The notes beneath the pieces are model-generated. The model worked only from the letters and a program-made list of their open reading frames with translations, had not been told where the DNA came from and searched no databases. From Squalus acanthias (Eukaryota): a stretch of DNA of 64,000 nt. A program made the translations under genes and the position numbers. The DNA lies in NCBI GenBank assembly GCA_030390025.1, contig CM059433.1, forward strand, positions 2,480,001 through 2,544,000, read 5' to 3'. Positions within the stretch are counted from its first letter, which is position 1; each line of letters starts with the position of its first letter. This document shows, in pieces, positions 21,325 through 34,471 of the stretch.

Positions 21325-22395
21325 TCGGGATAAATGGGTCATTTTCCGGTTGGCAATCAGTAACCAGTGGGGTGCCACAGGGATCAGTGCTGAGTCCTCA
21401 ACTATTTACAAACTATATTAATGACTTGGATGAAGGGACCGAGTGTACTGTAGACAAATTTGCTGATGATACAAAGATAGGTGGGTTAGCAAGTTGTGAG
21501 GAGGACAGAGTCTGCAAAGGGATATAGATATGTTAAGTGAGTGGGCAAAAATCTGGCAGATGGAGTATAATGTGGGAAAATGTGAGGTTATCCACTTTGG
21601 AAGGAAGAATAGAAAAGCAAATTATTATTTAAATAGAGTGAGACTACAGAATGCTGCGGTACAGAGGGATCTGGGGATCCGAGTACATGAAACACAAAAA
21701 GTTAGTATGCAGGTACAGCAAGTAATTAGGAAGGCTAATGGAATGTTGGCCTTTATTGCAAGGGGTATGGAGTTTAAAAGTAGGGAAGTTTTGATGCAAC
21801 TTTACAGGGCACTGGTGAGACCGCACCTGGAGTACTGTGTACAGTTTTGGTCTCCATATTTAAGGAAGGCTATACTTGCATTGCAGGCAGTGCAGAGAAG
21901 GTTCACTAGGTTGATTCCTGGGATGAAGGGGTTGACGTATGATGAAAAGTTGAGCAGGTTGGGCCTTTACTCATTGGAGTTTAGAAGAATGAGAGGTGAT
22001 CTTATTGAAACATATAAGATTCTGAGGGGGCTCGACAGGGTGGATGCTGAGAGGATGTTTCCCCTAGTGGGGGAATCTAGAACTAGGGGGCATAGTTTCA
22101 GAATAAGGGGTCGCCCATTTAAGACGGAGATGAGGAGGAATTTCTTCTCTGAGGGTCGTGAATCTTTGGAATTCTCTACCCCAGAGAGCTGTGGAGGTGG
22201 AGTCATTGAATATATTCAAGGCGGAGATTGACAGACATTTGAACAATAGGGGAGTCAAGGGTTATGGGGAGAGAGCGGGAAAGTGGTGTTGAGGCCAAGA
22301 TCAGATCAGCCATGATCATATTGAATGGCGGAGCAGGCTCAAGGGGCCGATTGGCCGACTCCTGCTCTTGTTTCTTATGTTCTTATGTTCTTATG
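21325..22395 (+). mobile_element. CR1 LINE 3' fragment
   Basis: RT/C-terminal motifs (LVRPHLEYCVQFWSP); (ttcttatg)n tail. Confidence 0.9.
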
Positions 22396-22649
22396 AGCTA
22401 TCAATCAATGCTGCAAATGAACAGACAGCTCACATATGAGATTCAGATGAGGCCTGGCCATCAAAATGGATCTGGCCTGTAGCTGGTTCCATTGGGCAGA
22501 CACCCCGATCACTCTGTCCAGCACCTGCCAGATACACACCACGCATGAAAACTGACCCCAGTGTGTCAGGTTTTATCAGTTACAGGCTGGAGAGAGAACT
22601 AATTCATACTTAAGCAATACTGTTTGATTGGCTCAGTTTGTACATCCAA

Positions 22650-22935
22650 TCGAGAATTCAGGAAAATCCAATAGGGAATTCCGGAGAAACTTCTTTACCC
22701 AAAGAGTGGCAAGAATGTGGAACACACTACCACTGGGAGTGGTTGAGGCAAATAGCATAAATACACTTATGGGGAAGCTAGATTAGCACATGAGGGGGAA
22801 AGGAATAGAAGTATATGCTGATAGGGTGAGATGAAATGGGGTGGAAGGAGACTTGTGTGGAGCATAAACTCCAGCAAAGACCAGTTGGGCAAAATGACCT
22901 GCTTTTGTGCTGTAGACTCGATGTAACTCGATGTA
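22650..22935 (+). mobile_element. CR1 3' end fragment
   Basis: Similar to 28820-29095 (aaatccaatagggaattc..aaacttctttaccc). Confidence 0.7.
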
Positions 22936-24274
22936 AATTCCTTTTTACATTTGAATGGAGGGATATTCACAATCCAGGAAGTCCTGGTAGAGGAATAGGG
23001 ATAAATGTTCATCTTCACCGCCTGGGCTGGAGTGGATCGTCCACCCTTTCTAGACCCTGGCTGATTTTCATTCCATTCCTGGTGATCCTGCTGGCCCCGC
23101 TAAAGTAAGACATTCGTTGCCTCAAGCTCTTTACCCGCCCCCCCCCCCCCCCCCAAATTGCTGCCTTCTGTCATTCAACTGTTGTGGGCGCAATGCTTTA
23201 AGCTGAACTTCGAAGCTATAAATTGGGCCCCAATTTTAACTCAACGGGCGAGCAGCAGTATCAGTTAGAATCTTTTCCATGCTGCTCCAAAGATGATGCG
23301 CGGGATATTTTAATTCCCAGGTCCCAGTTAATTTCGACTGGCCGACTTCCCGCCCATTCAGAGTGAGAAGTTGGCAGAAAGCGTTAGAAAATCGGGCAGT
23401 TCGGAGGCCACCCCTGGACAACAGCTAATTGGTGGGATCAGCTGCCGGGTCATCCTGCAGGAGACACAGCGATCGGGGGTGGGGGGCAACGGGGGGGGGG
23501 GGGTGGTGGGTAAGGGAGGGCGCTAGGCGGGGGGCTGGGGGGTAAGGCTGCAGCAGGGGAAGCCTTAGCTGTACTTGTGAATCCCGGAGGAATACTCCTG
23601 TCCCCTGTAGTTGTTACAGAGTTACAATGATTATGTGCACAATATAATTCAATCACAGTTTACTTAGGGCTTAATCATCAGTCTTTGATTGTTCCTACAC
23701 TCTCCCCTGGGCTTAATCACATTCCTGCTCAAGACATGTTTACTGTGGCACATTCGGGAGAATTCATCTTGTACTTGAATTTACAAATCCCACTTGCATT
23801 AAGCTTATCAATTCCTTATCTTTCATTTTCTGCGTTAATTTTTTCACCAATTTACGTATTTTGTAAAACATACACCACATATTTAATATAACTAATACTT
23901 GCATTTGTTTACATACAATGTTAACATACATGTTGGCCTGGATTTTAGCTTGGAGGCGGGGAAGGAGCGGGGGGATGTTTTGAGGCCGGGAAACCTGGAA
24001 GTATGTTGTTTTACATTGTTCTCTGTAGGTTTCCCGCCCATAGCCAGCCTGATTGACAGGCTGGAAGCCTGGGGGGCAGGAACTCCTATAGCACAAGGCC
24101 GCAGCCAAGATGGCCTGAGAACAGGCAGGCAAGTGGGGGGGTGGGGTGGTGGTTGGGTGGTGTCCGATCGCGGGAAGGGTCCGATCACAGCGCGGGGACC
24201 TTGGTGGTCACTCAGGTGTGGCCACCATCCCGCTGGAACACATGCCAATCATATTGGTCTGGTTATGATCTAGG

Positions 24275-25137
24275 ATATTCCACCCTATGTAAACTTGAGG
24301 TCATCCAAAACTCAGCTGCCCGTGTCCTAATTCGCACCAAGTCTCATTCGCCCATCACCCCTGTGCTCGCTGACCTACATTGGCTCCTGGTTAAGTAGTG
24401 CCTCGATTTCAAAATTCTCATCCTTGTTTTCAAATCCCTCCATGGCCTCGCCCCTCCCTATCTCTGTAATCTCCTCCAGCCCCACAACCCCCGAGATATC
24501 TGCGCTCCTCTAATTCTGCCCTCTTGAGCATCCCTGATTATAATCGCTCATGATGCGGAGATGCCGGTGTTGGACTGGGGTGGACAAAATTGAGAGGTGC
24601 GGAGATGCCGGTGTTGGACTGGGGTGGACTGCTATGTCTTTGATGTGGTATCTTCCTGGCTGACCTGATTAACTTTATCACACCTCGGCAGATAAACAGT
24701 CAGGATGATTGAATTCAGTTGTCTGCAATTGTAAGTTACACATGCATTGTTCTCTATCTATATATGCTTTGACGATTCTGTATCTCCTCACTTCACCCGA
24801 CGAAGGAGTTGTAACTCCGAAAGCTTGTGATTTCAAATAAAACTGTTGGACTATAACCTGGTGTTGTGCGACCTCTCAATATAATCGCTCAACCATTGGT
24901 GGCCGTGCCTTCTGTTGCCTGGGCCCTAAGCTCTGGAATTCCCTCCCTAAACCTCTCCGCCTCTCTACCTCCTTTAAGATGCTCCTTAAAACCTCCCTCT
25001 TTGACCAAGCCTGCCCTAATTTATCCTTATGTGGATCGGTGTCAAATTTGTTATCTTAAAATACACCTGTGGACGTTTTACTACGTTTTACTACGGTAAA
25101 GGCGCTATATAAATACAAGTTGTTGTTGTTGTTGTTG
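24275..25137 (+). mobile_element. L2-type LINE 3' fragment interrupted by a hammerhead element
   Basis: KLEVIQNSAARVL..PITPVLADLHWL; (tgt)n tail; homologous to 49150-49690. Confidence 0.8.
24551..24879. mobile_element. Non-coding hammerhead-bearing retroelement, copy 1
   Basis: TSD TATAATCGCTCA (24539-24550, 24880-24891); HHR-like motif 24793-24830 with core variant CCGACGA. Confidence 0.8.
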
Positions 25138-26750
25138 GATGTGGTCTTAATTACATCTAATGCCTCCTTCAGGATGGCACAGGATGAATGATGTGCTGTT
25201 GGTCATCACCATCACCCCAGACAATGGGACGTTGAGCCTCTTGACTCATCCTATTGACTGTTCCCTGATCCATTCCTTTAAATTCCTTTAGTTGATTTCT
25301 GTGAAACCATTTTGGTTTCTTACATAATTGTACCAGATAGATTGAGGGACTTGCTTTCTCCACGATTGGGTGAGGTCCATGGAGCAGTAAACGGACCTGT
25401 TTATCGATAAGATTTTATCATTACTTGCTGTCCTACCTCCCAATCAACGCACCTGACCTTTGTGTCAAAGTACATCTTCTTTGTTTTTTTAGAATGTCCA
25501 ATATTCACTGCTGCAAAGACCTGGATGTCTTACAGTTGCTTTACCAACAGTTTCACATAGTTCTCCTGAGAGCCTGTACTTCAGGGGATGTAAAATTGAC
25601 ATGCATGAAGTGCTCTGGCATCCTCATTGACCTTCCTGTCATTATTTCATGTGTGCTTACCTTTGCAGTTCGACTTGCTTGTGATCGAACCGCCATTAAT
25701 GTCAACGGTAACAATTGATTCCATGTTTTTTGGGGACTGCCCAATTAGGTTTTTCAGCATCATTTTCAGGGTACGATTCATTCTTTCTACAATCCTGGAA
25801 GATGTGGGAATGTGAGATATATGGAATGTAGTTTTGATTCCTAATGGGTGCATAGCATGCTGCATAACTCTCCCAGTAAAATGACTTCCTGGATCTGAGT
25901 CTATTGATTTGGGTAGACCCAATCTAGTGATTCATTAATATCTTTGCCGTGGCCTGGGCTGTGGCTCTAGAGGACGAAATGCCTCCACCCATTTCAAAAA
26001 GGTGTCGACTATTACCGATACATATTGATGTCCCCTGCCCGTCTGGAGAAATGGTCACATATGATTGATTTGGAGGTCTGACACTGGCCCTGTTGCTGGC
26101 CTGGTGTGATGCAATAGTGGCTTTTTGCTGTTGGCATCTTGGTTTTTTGGACACATATTGACAATTATGACAATAGTGTTCAATATCCCGTCATGCCTCG
26201 CCAGGTCTTTTACTCGATTTATGGTACCCAGTGGGCCCCGGGTGACCTGCTGTGCGAACATCATGGGCCTGATACAACATTTGATTTCTTTGTTCTTTGG
26301 GAACAACCCACTTTCCTTCATATAACAAGATGTCCCCTTTCAATTCCAGTTCGGGTTTGTTGGCATACTCTCCTTGGGGATCTCTACGCTCCTTTAGGGC
26401 TTGTTTGGCTCCCTGTAAATCCACATCCTCTGTTTGTGCTTGATCCAAATTTATGGGTTCTTGGGTAGTTTGGATTAGGGCTCATAATTCCCGCTGACCG
26501 TGTTAATTCTTTGGGTTCCCATTCCATCCCTTCCTCCGCACCTCAGCTAATGTGTCGGATTTCTGGTTCCCTTCCCGTAATGGTTCACTTTCAGTGTGGG
26601 CCTTAACCTTGTGTACTGCTCTGACTCCGGCCATTTTCCTAACTTGGTTCATTATGTACTGTAACATTTCTGCTGAAGGTAAGCAACTGAGCTGAAACCT
26701 GCTTCTCCCAAATTAGTAGGCGCTCAGTACGTGAGTTATACACATACATT

Positions 26751-27043
26751 GGGCTGGATTTTGTCTTGGGGTCGGGTTGGGGTCGTGTTATCCGCATTTC
26801 GTGCCCCCCCCCCGACTCCAGATTAATGTGGATGAATGATGCAATTTTCACTTAATTGGGCAATTAAGTTCCAGCATGTGGGAACCCATGAACTAATTAG
26901 TGGTTTCAGTCTGAAAGTCGCCTCTGATGATATCATCATTGCTGCTGCATTGAAGGCTTTCAGACACTGCCTGGTCTCAGAGACTGCCTGGCTGTTCATG
27001 AGAGAGGACCTGCCTGGCTTTTGATGTGAGTGGAAAAAGGTGC

Positions 27044-27083
<40 letters not shown>

Positions 27084-27504
27084 GTTTTTTGCATCCAAGT
27101 CCTCTGACAGCAAAGGCCATGCAGTCTCTGAAGACATTCACTGCAGCAGCATCAGAGGCGACTTTCACACCTAGATGTAACAGTGGACCTGCAGCTGATA
27201 GTCAGCTATCCACTTGTGCTCCCGCCAGGTTTCACTGGAGTGTTTCACACCAGGTGTACTTCACGTCGGAAAAGGGCTAAACCAGCTACAGTGTTTCAAA
27301 ATGGCATTACAGAGCCAATTTAAGACTTGTTAAGGGCTTTAATGGCCTCTCCCGCTTCTTGGAGACGGGACGGAGTCGGGAACCCCGCGACTGATTTTGT
27401 CAAAATTGCGTGGAGTCGGGATGGGGTCGGAAACCCCGACCCCGCAAATTTAACCCCCCACACGCCTCCAAACCCGACTCCATGGGTCATTCAAAATCCA
27501 GCCC
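26751..27504. mobile_element. Harbinger-type MITE
   Basis: TIRs GGGCTGGATTTT / AAAATCCAGCCC; homologous (inverted) to 41018-41979; internal (GA)n. Confidence 0.8.
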
Positions 27505-27529
27505 AATGAGTCGGAGTGCCGTGTTTATA

Positions 27530-28014
27530 AGGGAATGGAGTATAAAAGTAGGGAAGTCTTGCTACAACTGTACAGGGCGTTGGTGAGACCACACCTGGAG
27601 TACTGCGTACAGTTTTGCTCTCCTTATTTAAGGAGGGATATACTTGCATTGGAGGCCATTCAGAGAAGGTTCATGAGGTTGATTCCGGAGATGAAGGGGT
27701 TGTCTTATGAAGAAAGGTTGAGCAGGTTGGGCCTATGCTCATTGGAGTTTGGAAGAATGAGAGGTGATCTTATTGAAACATATAAGATTCTGAGGGGGCT
27801 TGGCAAGGTAGATGCAGGGCGGATATATATATATATATTCAAGGTGGCGATAGACAGATTTTTGAAAAACAGGGGAATCAAGGGTTATGGGGAGCGGGCA
27901 GGAAAGTGGAGTTGAGGCCAAGATCAGATCAGCCATGATCTTATTGAATGGCAGTGCAGGCTCGAGGGGCCGAATGGCCTATTCCTGCTCCTATTTCTTA
28001 TGTTCTTATGTTCT
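27530..28014 (+). mobile_element. CR1 3' fragment with internal deletion
   Basis: LVRPHLEYCVQF..RGDLIETYKIL; (ttcttatg)n tail. Confidence 0.85.
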
Positions 28015-28494
28015 TGATAACATACAATACTGCTACTAGTTCAGCTGCTTGGGCTGAGGGAGTTGAGGGAAGTTTGAGTGCTCGTGCTGCTCCCTTCTGT
28101 CCGATCGATGTCACATTCTGGTTTTCTTTCACCCTGTTCGACTCGACTTGAGACCTCAATAAAAAATATGCTTGGCTTATTCTGAGGGGTGTTACCCCGC
28201 TAATATTGGGCAAAGTCCCTCATTCCCCGTTTCAACTCGACAGCTGTGGGGTTCTCCCTGGTATAACAAGTTTTCTGCCAATTATGGTGGAACTTTATAT
28301 CCCTTCCTTGCAGTAACAGGGCCCACCGGGCTAGGCAAACGTTTGCGGGTGAGCGATTTGTCAGCAAGTGTAGGGGCGCCAACCCCACTATGTATGTAAA
28401 ACTGACCGGAAGGTTGCTAACAGATTTCTTTCACACGTGGAGTAATTTATTTCCACTGGGGTGAGCAATCTGGAAGCGATGCCATTGGTCTTTG

Positions 28495-29097
28495 TCTATG
28501 CTAAACCTGTATCGAACCTTGGTTAGACCACACTTCGAGTATTGCGTACAGTTCTGGTTGCCATATTATAAAAAGGATATAGAGGCACTGGAGAGGGTGC
28601 AGAGAAGATTTACAAGGATGATACCAGAAATGCGAGGGTATATATATCAGGAGAGGCTGAACAGGCTGGGTCTCTTTTCTCTTGAAAAAAGAAGGCTGTG
28701 GGGGGACCTAATAGAGGTCTTTAAAATTATGAAAGGTTTTGATAGAGTGGATACAGAGAGAATGTTTCCACTTGTGGGGAAGAGCATAACTAGAGGCCAT
28801 CAATATAAGATAGTCACCAAGAAATCCAATAGGGAATTCAGAAGAAACTTCTTTACCCAGAGAGTGGTGAGAATGTGGAACTCGCTACCACAGGGAGTGG
28901 TTGAAGTGAATAGTATAGATGCATTTAAGGGGAGGCTAGACAAGCATATGAGGGAGAAGGGAATAGAGGGTTATGCTGATAGATTTAGATGAGGAAAGAC
29001 GGGAGGAGGCTCGAGTGGAGCATAAACACCAGCATGGATTGGTTGGGCCGAATGGCCTGTTTCTGTGCCGTATATCCTATGTAATCCTATGTATTCT
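28495..29097 (+). mobile_element. CR1 3' fragment
   Basis: LVRPHFEYCVQFW..FFTQRVVRMWNSLP; tatcctatgt repeat tail. Confidence 0.85.
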
Positions 29098-29721
29098 AGG
29101 TCCGTTGGGTAAGTACTGTCGAAAATGGCATACTGCGAGACTGCTAGTTCCAAATAAAAGGGTTTCCCCCCGTCTGCTGCACACAACACTGGTGCCTTTG
29201 GCATCACTTCCTTTCATTTTGCCACAGCCTCGATGTAGATGGGTGTCTTTTCTTACTAAATACTTTTCTTTAACAAGGCGTACACTGGGGCACTTAAAGT
29301 CGTGAAATCTTCTATGAACTCCCGACAGTATCCCACAAAATCCAAAAATGATCTGACTCCACTCACAGAATTGGGAATTGGAGCATCTGTAACAGCCTTG
29401 ACTCTGGCTTCAGCAATTCATCTCATTTCTTGGGCTAATTCCTGTAGGTCAGGATATAACGTTTTAATCCCCGCCTGCTCCCCTTCTCCCTGGGGTTTCT
29501 GTAAACCTGGGCGACCCTGGTAGTCCTTTGGACTTCCCTGTGGTTTAGATCTACAGTCCTTGGCCATGTGGCCTATCTTACCACAGCTATAACATGTCAT
29601 GTTATATTGTGAGGTGGGCGGACCTCTTAGTGGTCCTTCATTTCTCCACGGTTGCGGTTTTTGCTCTTCCATGCTAGAGATGGCTTTACCCCATCCCCTG
29701 TTTTGCAATTCTCAAGTTTTA

Positions 29722-29835
29722 AGTGTCAGCTGTGGCTCAGTGGGTAGCACTTTCGCCTCTAGGGTCAGAGGTTGTGGGTTCATAGTCCCACTCCAGACAC
29801 CTGAGTGCAAAAATCTAGTCTGATACTTTCAGTCA
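29722..29835 (+). mobile_element. tRNA-derived SINE head (SacSINE1/Deu-SINE-like)
   Basis: A box TGGCTCAGTGGG, B-box-like GGTTCATAGTCC; resembles the shark SINE 5' end from memory. Confidence 0.65.
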
Positions 29836-29839
29836 TGAC

Positions 29840-30635
29840 ACCCATGTCCACTTCTCAATCACCCCCTACAACCCTTCCCATGCAAGCACAGGAGATGCAA
29901 CACCCGGCCTTTTACGTCCCATCGTCCAGGGTCCCAATTAATCCTTCCAGGTGAAACAGCTATTTACTTGTACGTCTTTCAATTTAATATACTGTATTCA
30001 CAGCTCACGATGCAGTTACATTGGGAAGACCAAATGCAGATTGGGTGATCGCTTTGGGGAGCACCTCCATTCAGTTGCAAGCACGACCCCGAGCTTCCGG
30101 TCACCTGTCATTTTAATTCACTGCCCCACTCCCACTCTGATCTCTCTGTCCTCGGTCTCCTATACTGTTCCAATGAAGCTCAATGTAAGCTCGAGGAACA
30201 GCACCTCATCTTTTGATTAGGCACTTTACAGCCTTCTGGACTCAACATCGAGTTCAACAATTTCCGACTATAATCTCTGCTTCCATTTTTTCAGACAACA
30301 GCTGTTGGTAATGATTCCGCTATTGCCGTTTACAGCTCCTCTAGACTCATCTTTTGTTTCTTAACTTGTCCCATTACCATCTCCTTTTGCCTCGCACCAT
30401 CATCCCTTTTGTCATTTAATCTCTCCTGCCTTCCATCCTATCACAGACCTTCCCTTTTGTTCTGTCCTCCCCTCCCCCCCTTTCCCTGCCCCTACACTTG
30501 CTTAAAATCTGTTACATCTCCAACTTTTTCCAGTTCTGACGAAAGGTCATCGACCTGAAACGTTAACTCTGTTTCTCTCTCCACAGAAGCTGCCTCACCT
30601 GCTGAGTGTTTCCAGCATTTTCTGTTTTTATTTCA
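29840..30635 (+). mobile_element. Penelope-like 3' fragment with pLTR
   Basis: Degenerate GIY-YIG region homologous to 18890-19350; pLTR tail homologous to 19600-19715. Confidence 0.85.
30532..30568 (+). ncRNA. Minimal hammerhead ribozyme
   Basis: AGTT-CTGACGA-A-AGGTC atc GACCT-GAAA-CG-TT-AACT. Confidence 0.8.
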
Positions 30636-30741
30636 ACAGCATTATCTGAGCGATTTGTTCCTTTGTTCAATCTCTGTACCAGACAATCAGTCTGCATGTG
30701 AGCCATTATTTTGTGTGATCGTGAATTGTTTCTTAATCATT

Positions 30742-32632
30742 TGTAAGTAGCAGGAGTTTGCACCTTGGGTAAACATTGCTTAATCTCTAGCAGCTGTAGG
30801 CTTCGCAAAATCCCCCAGAAACTTGAATAGAACCCTAAAGGGGGTGATTTTTGGATCTTAACATGAATTTGGAATGGTGGGACCGAAATGAAGGAATTTG
30901 AGGTCAAAACCTCAGTTTTGGACATTTTGAATGCATCAAGGAAGAAAAAGCCCTGAGGAAAATGACTTTGGATGATAAGATACCTTTTAAAAAGGGGCCA
31001 TTGGGTAAACCTGCAGTCACAGAAACACAGGCTGCGGGAAGGGGTGTGGTGAGGCAGTGGACAGCTTTAGGGAATTGGGACCAAAGCAAGCTGTCTGGGA
31101 GATGTTTGCACTACAATCCAACCAAGGAGGAAGTGCCTCATCCAAAACATCACAAACACATTCAAAAATGAATAAACCAAGACCCCTTTTTGAAATCCCC
31201 AGGTCCAGACAGGATGCTGGAAGTCTGAAAACAATTCCTAACAATAAAACTGCCAGTACACAGGTTCATAGCCCAGCATCCCATCAAAACCCGATTAGCC
31301 AAGTATCGACAGGAACAGTTTAACAAGCCCGCCAAAACCTAAGACAAAAGAAGCGAGATTTGGCGCGTAGATAGAGGCCATGTCTCAATGGAAGACATCA
31401 GTAGCCATCAGGACAAGTTAACACAAAGTTAAAGTCATCAGACTTAACGAGCCTGCCAAAACCTAAGACAAAAAAGCGAGATTTGGCGCGAAGATAAGCA
31501 GGCCTCAACTGAAACCTCAATCACTTTAACGCGAAATCGATTAGTAAAACAGTTTTGGCGCGAAGAACACAATAGGCCTGAACAGTATAATTGAGGGCCT
31601 AATCCCCCAAGAAAGTTAGTTTAACACACACGACACGAGGGCGACACCAGAGCCAAGCAACGAGGAATGAGTCACAAGAAGATTCTTCGGAAGGCAGGCA
31701 GGCCTAAAGCCACGGGCAAGAAGACACGAGGAACCCGAGAGACACTGTGGTGGTGTCTGTTCAAGCCGTGTGGTTTGTTACAACACTATACTAAAAGTTA
31801 GTTCAAGGCTGTCCAGAGAGGCAGTTTAAAGTTAGTAACAGTACCGAGGCACGCAAGGACAACATGCCACAGTAAGGAGGGTCATCGACGGACCCGACTG
31901 GGAAAAGTTTCCCAACGCCTCGCAGCAACCAAGGCCCCACGAACCAACCAACACAACGCCACCGACCAACCAGGTGCGAACCAGGCCGTCGCGACCACCG
32001 AAAGACCAACACCAGGAAAAACCGAAGACACGCAAGTTTCCACGCTGCAAATTATTCCTGACTTACCCCTGGGTAAGATTTTTCCTTAAAAAACTCTAAA
32101 CCCTACCTTTAAGGAAGAAAAATTGGGTACTCACCTGATAGATCCACATACGCACCTTACCGCATCAGCGGACAGACCCAAACTGACCTGGAGTGCAGCT
32201 GAAGTCTTCCACCACGTCCGGGGTACGGCAGGCCCCAACAACCAAAAACCCCAGTGAACCCCGAAATTGCAAAATACCTCAACTGTCAAGAACTGTCATT
32301 TGGTGAGCATTATCCCTGGTCCTCTGGAATCAAACCTAGCTAGGTAGTGGGATTGGGAGGGATAAGGGGTTTTTGTGTTCTGTAATTCTCCCTCGCCTGT
32401 ACTGTGTGTTCCCCAACCTGTGTTTAAGTATTAAGTATGTTTTAAGATTGTTTGTGTTGTATTTACCTTTTCTTGAATAAAAGTCAAAGTTCTTTCATCA
32501 AAACCTGTTGTCTACTGCACCTTTGTTCACGAGCCCCAAACAAGTCCACGGTCTAGAATCAAGGGAGTGGGAGCGATTCGAACCACTCACTGAAGTCAGA
32601 GGTGAAGCTGACCCCACCACACCACCCGCTAC
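30742..32632 (+). mobile_element. Probable solo LTR (about 1.9 kb)
   Basis: Begins TGTA and ends CCGCTACA; AATAAA at about 32477; internal direct repeats; no TSD seen, so boundaries are uncertain. Confidence 0.5.
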
Positions 32633-34079
32633 ACAGCATCAGTTTTTGCTTTGGCGTCCAAAAGGTTTAACTTTTCAAATCTCACACCCTTTTGGCCCCA
32701 CAAGGAAGGTAAAAAAAGAAAATTGGAAACTTACGGCTTTGGGCCTCTTGCGGCCCGGATCCTCTTTGCCGCTGGGTTGGCCTGGCGGGAAACTCACTGC
32801 CTGCGTCACACTCAGGCTGCCGAGTAAAAATTGCAGTCTGGTCCCAATGACATCATGCATATGTTAAAATGTTAAAGTGGAGCTTCTTGGCTTTGGCCGT
32901 GTGTCCTCGCCGTTTGCTCAGTGACAATCCAAACTAAGCAGCTCCTGGTGGCTCCAGGGCCGGCCAGTAACTTGGGGCGATTTTAACTGCCCACCTGCCC
33001 GGTTTCTGCCCGACGGGTTGGGCTAAAAGCGCCCCAGATTTGTTTCCAACCTCCAAATATTCATTATTGATGGATTGAACAAAAAACTAAGATTTGACCG
33101 ATTGTGATGACATTTTCAGTAATGATCCAAAAGACAGAAGTCAATGGAACGAAAACTTGGGAGAGATGTACAACGGGCTGCCACTTCACTGTCACACTGT
33201 CAAAGTCTACCCCACTGCCTCAGCAGTGTGCTTGCCAGAGGATGGAGGACAAGGTGAAAATTTGCAAAATATTCATGTTTATTTTCAGGTAGCCTGAGCA
33301 GGTTTTTGCTGCTTACGGTGTGTGAAATTGGTGCGTAATGTGTTTACAGTTCAGCTGCTTTCCACTTTCATAAAATGCTTACTATTTACTTGGTTGTTGT
33401 TTTCTAAAAATCTAATTGCGGCTTTCTTTCTCGAGGGATTAATAAAACGATATAAATGGGTGAAGGCAGTATCAACTTCTGGAGATTACTGAGCAAAATG
33501 AAAAGCATTACTTTTCTGCAACGCAGTTATGCTCCTGTAGGTTTTAGAAAGCAGTAAAAGGTTCATGGTGTAAAATAAGCTGGCTTCTGAATAAAAATAA
33601 TGTCTAGTCGGGTGAGGTTTGCACTTTTGTTTTGTGATTCCGACAGCTGGGGCTTTTCTTTTTGCTTTGCATTTAAAACGCACTTGAATTGTTTTCCCAT
33701 TTTTCAGGGTTGCTGATCTCTACTGGTTCTCAGCAAGATAATGTCATGCTGAGACAGATCACATACAATTATGTTCAGAATACGCAGCCACGGGAAAAGT
33801 TCGCATGGTTTCTCACTTAGACACTGGAGGACCACAGCTTCTGAACAATAAAGTGGGAACCTGCTAATCATATTAATGATGATCCGTATGGGGTAGAGAA
33901 AAGTACTGATCATTTGCTACATATTGGTTTCTGATAGGAGGAGCTGTTTCTCGATAATATCACAGTATAAATGCCCTGGATGCCTTTAATCCAAATGCTT
34001 TTAAAAATCCATCTGTCAAGTGTTTTTAAATCCCCCTCCCCAAGTAGCAGAAGATAGCTGCCCACCTTGTTAAATGTGA

Positions 34080-34471
34080 AGTCGCACAACACCAGGTTAT
34101 AGTCCAACAGTTTTATTTGAAATCACGAGCTTTCGGAGCGCTGCTCCTTCGTCAGGTGAAGTGAAGGAATACAAATCAGCAAAGCATATATAGACAGAGA
34201 ACAACGTCTTTGATGTAATGCCTTCTTGACTGGCCTGATTGTATCTCTGCCGAGGTGTGATGGAGGGCAGTCAGAAAGTCGTCTGACATTGTACGCTACA
34301 CATTGTTCTCTGTCTATATATGCTTTGCTGATTTGTATTCCTTCACTTTACCTGACGAAGGAGCAGCAGCTCCGAAAGCTCGTGATTGCAAATAAAACTG
34401 TTGGACTATAACCTGGTGTTGTGCGACTTCTCATTTTTGTCCACCCCAGTCCAATACCGGCATCTCCGCAT
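34080..34471. mobile_element. Non-coding hammerhead-bearing retroelement, copy 2, with inverted ends
   Basis: TSD CTTGTTAAATGTGA (34066-34079, 34472-34485); about 125-bp inverted arms; HHRs at 34123-34159 (-) and 34348-34385 (+). Confidence 0.85.

Larger units (their letters stand above)
25170..29710 (-). mobile_element. Decayed retrovirus-like gag/pol remnant (Zn knuckle, RT thumb, tether, RNase H, integrase) broken by MITE and CR1 insertions
   Basis: CYSCGKIGHMAKDC; PFYLELAVS; RWALLLQ; SAQAAELVAV; AHDVRTAGHPG; GLPKSIDSDPGSHFTG; VERMNRTLK. Confidence 0.8.

Noticed and set aside
29722..29800. tRNA gene
   Set aside because: No intact cloverleaf; continues into a SINE body
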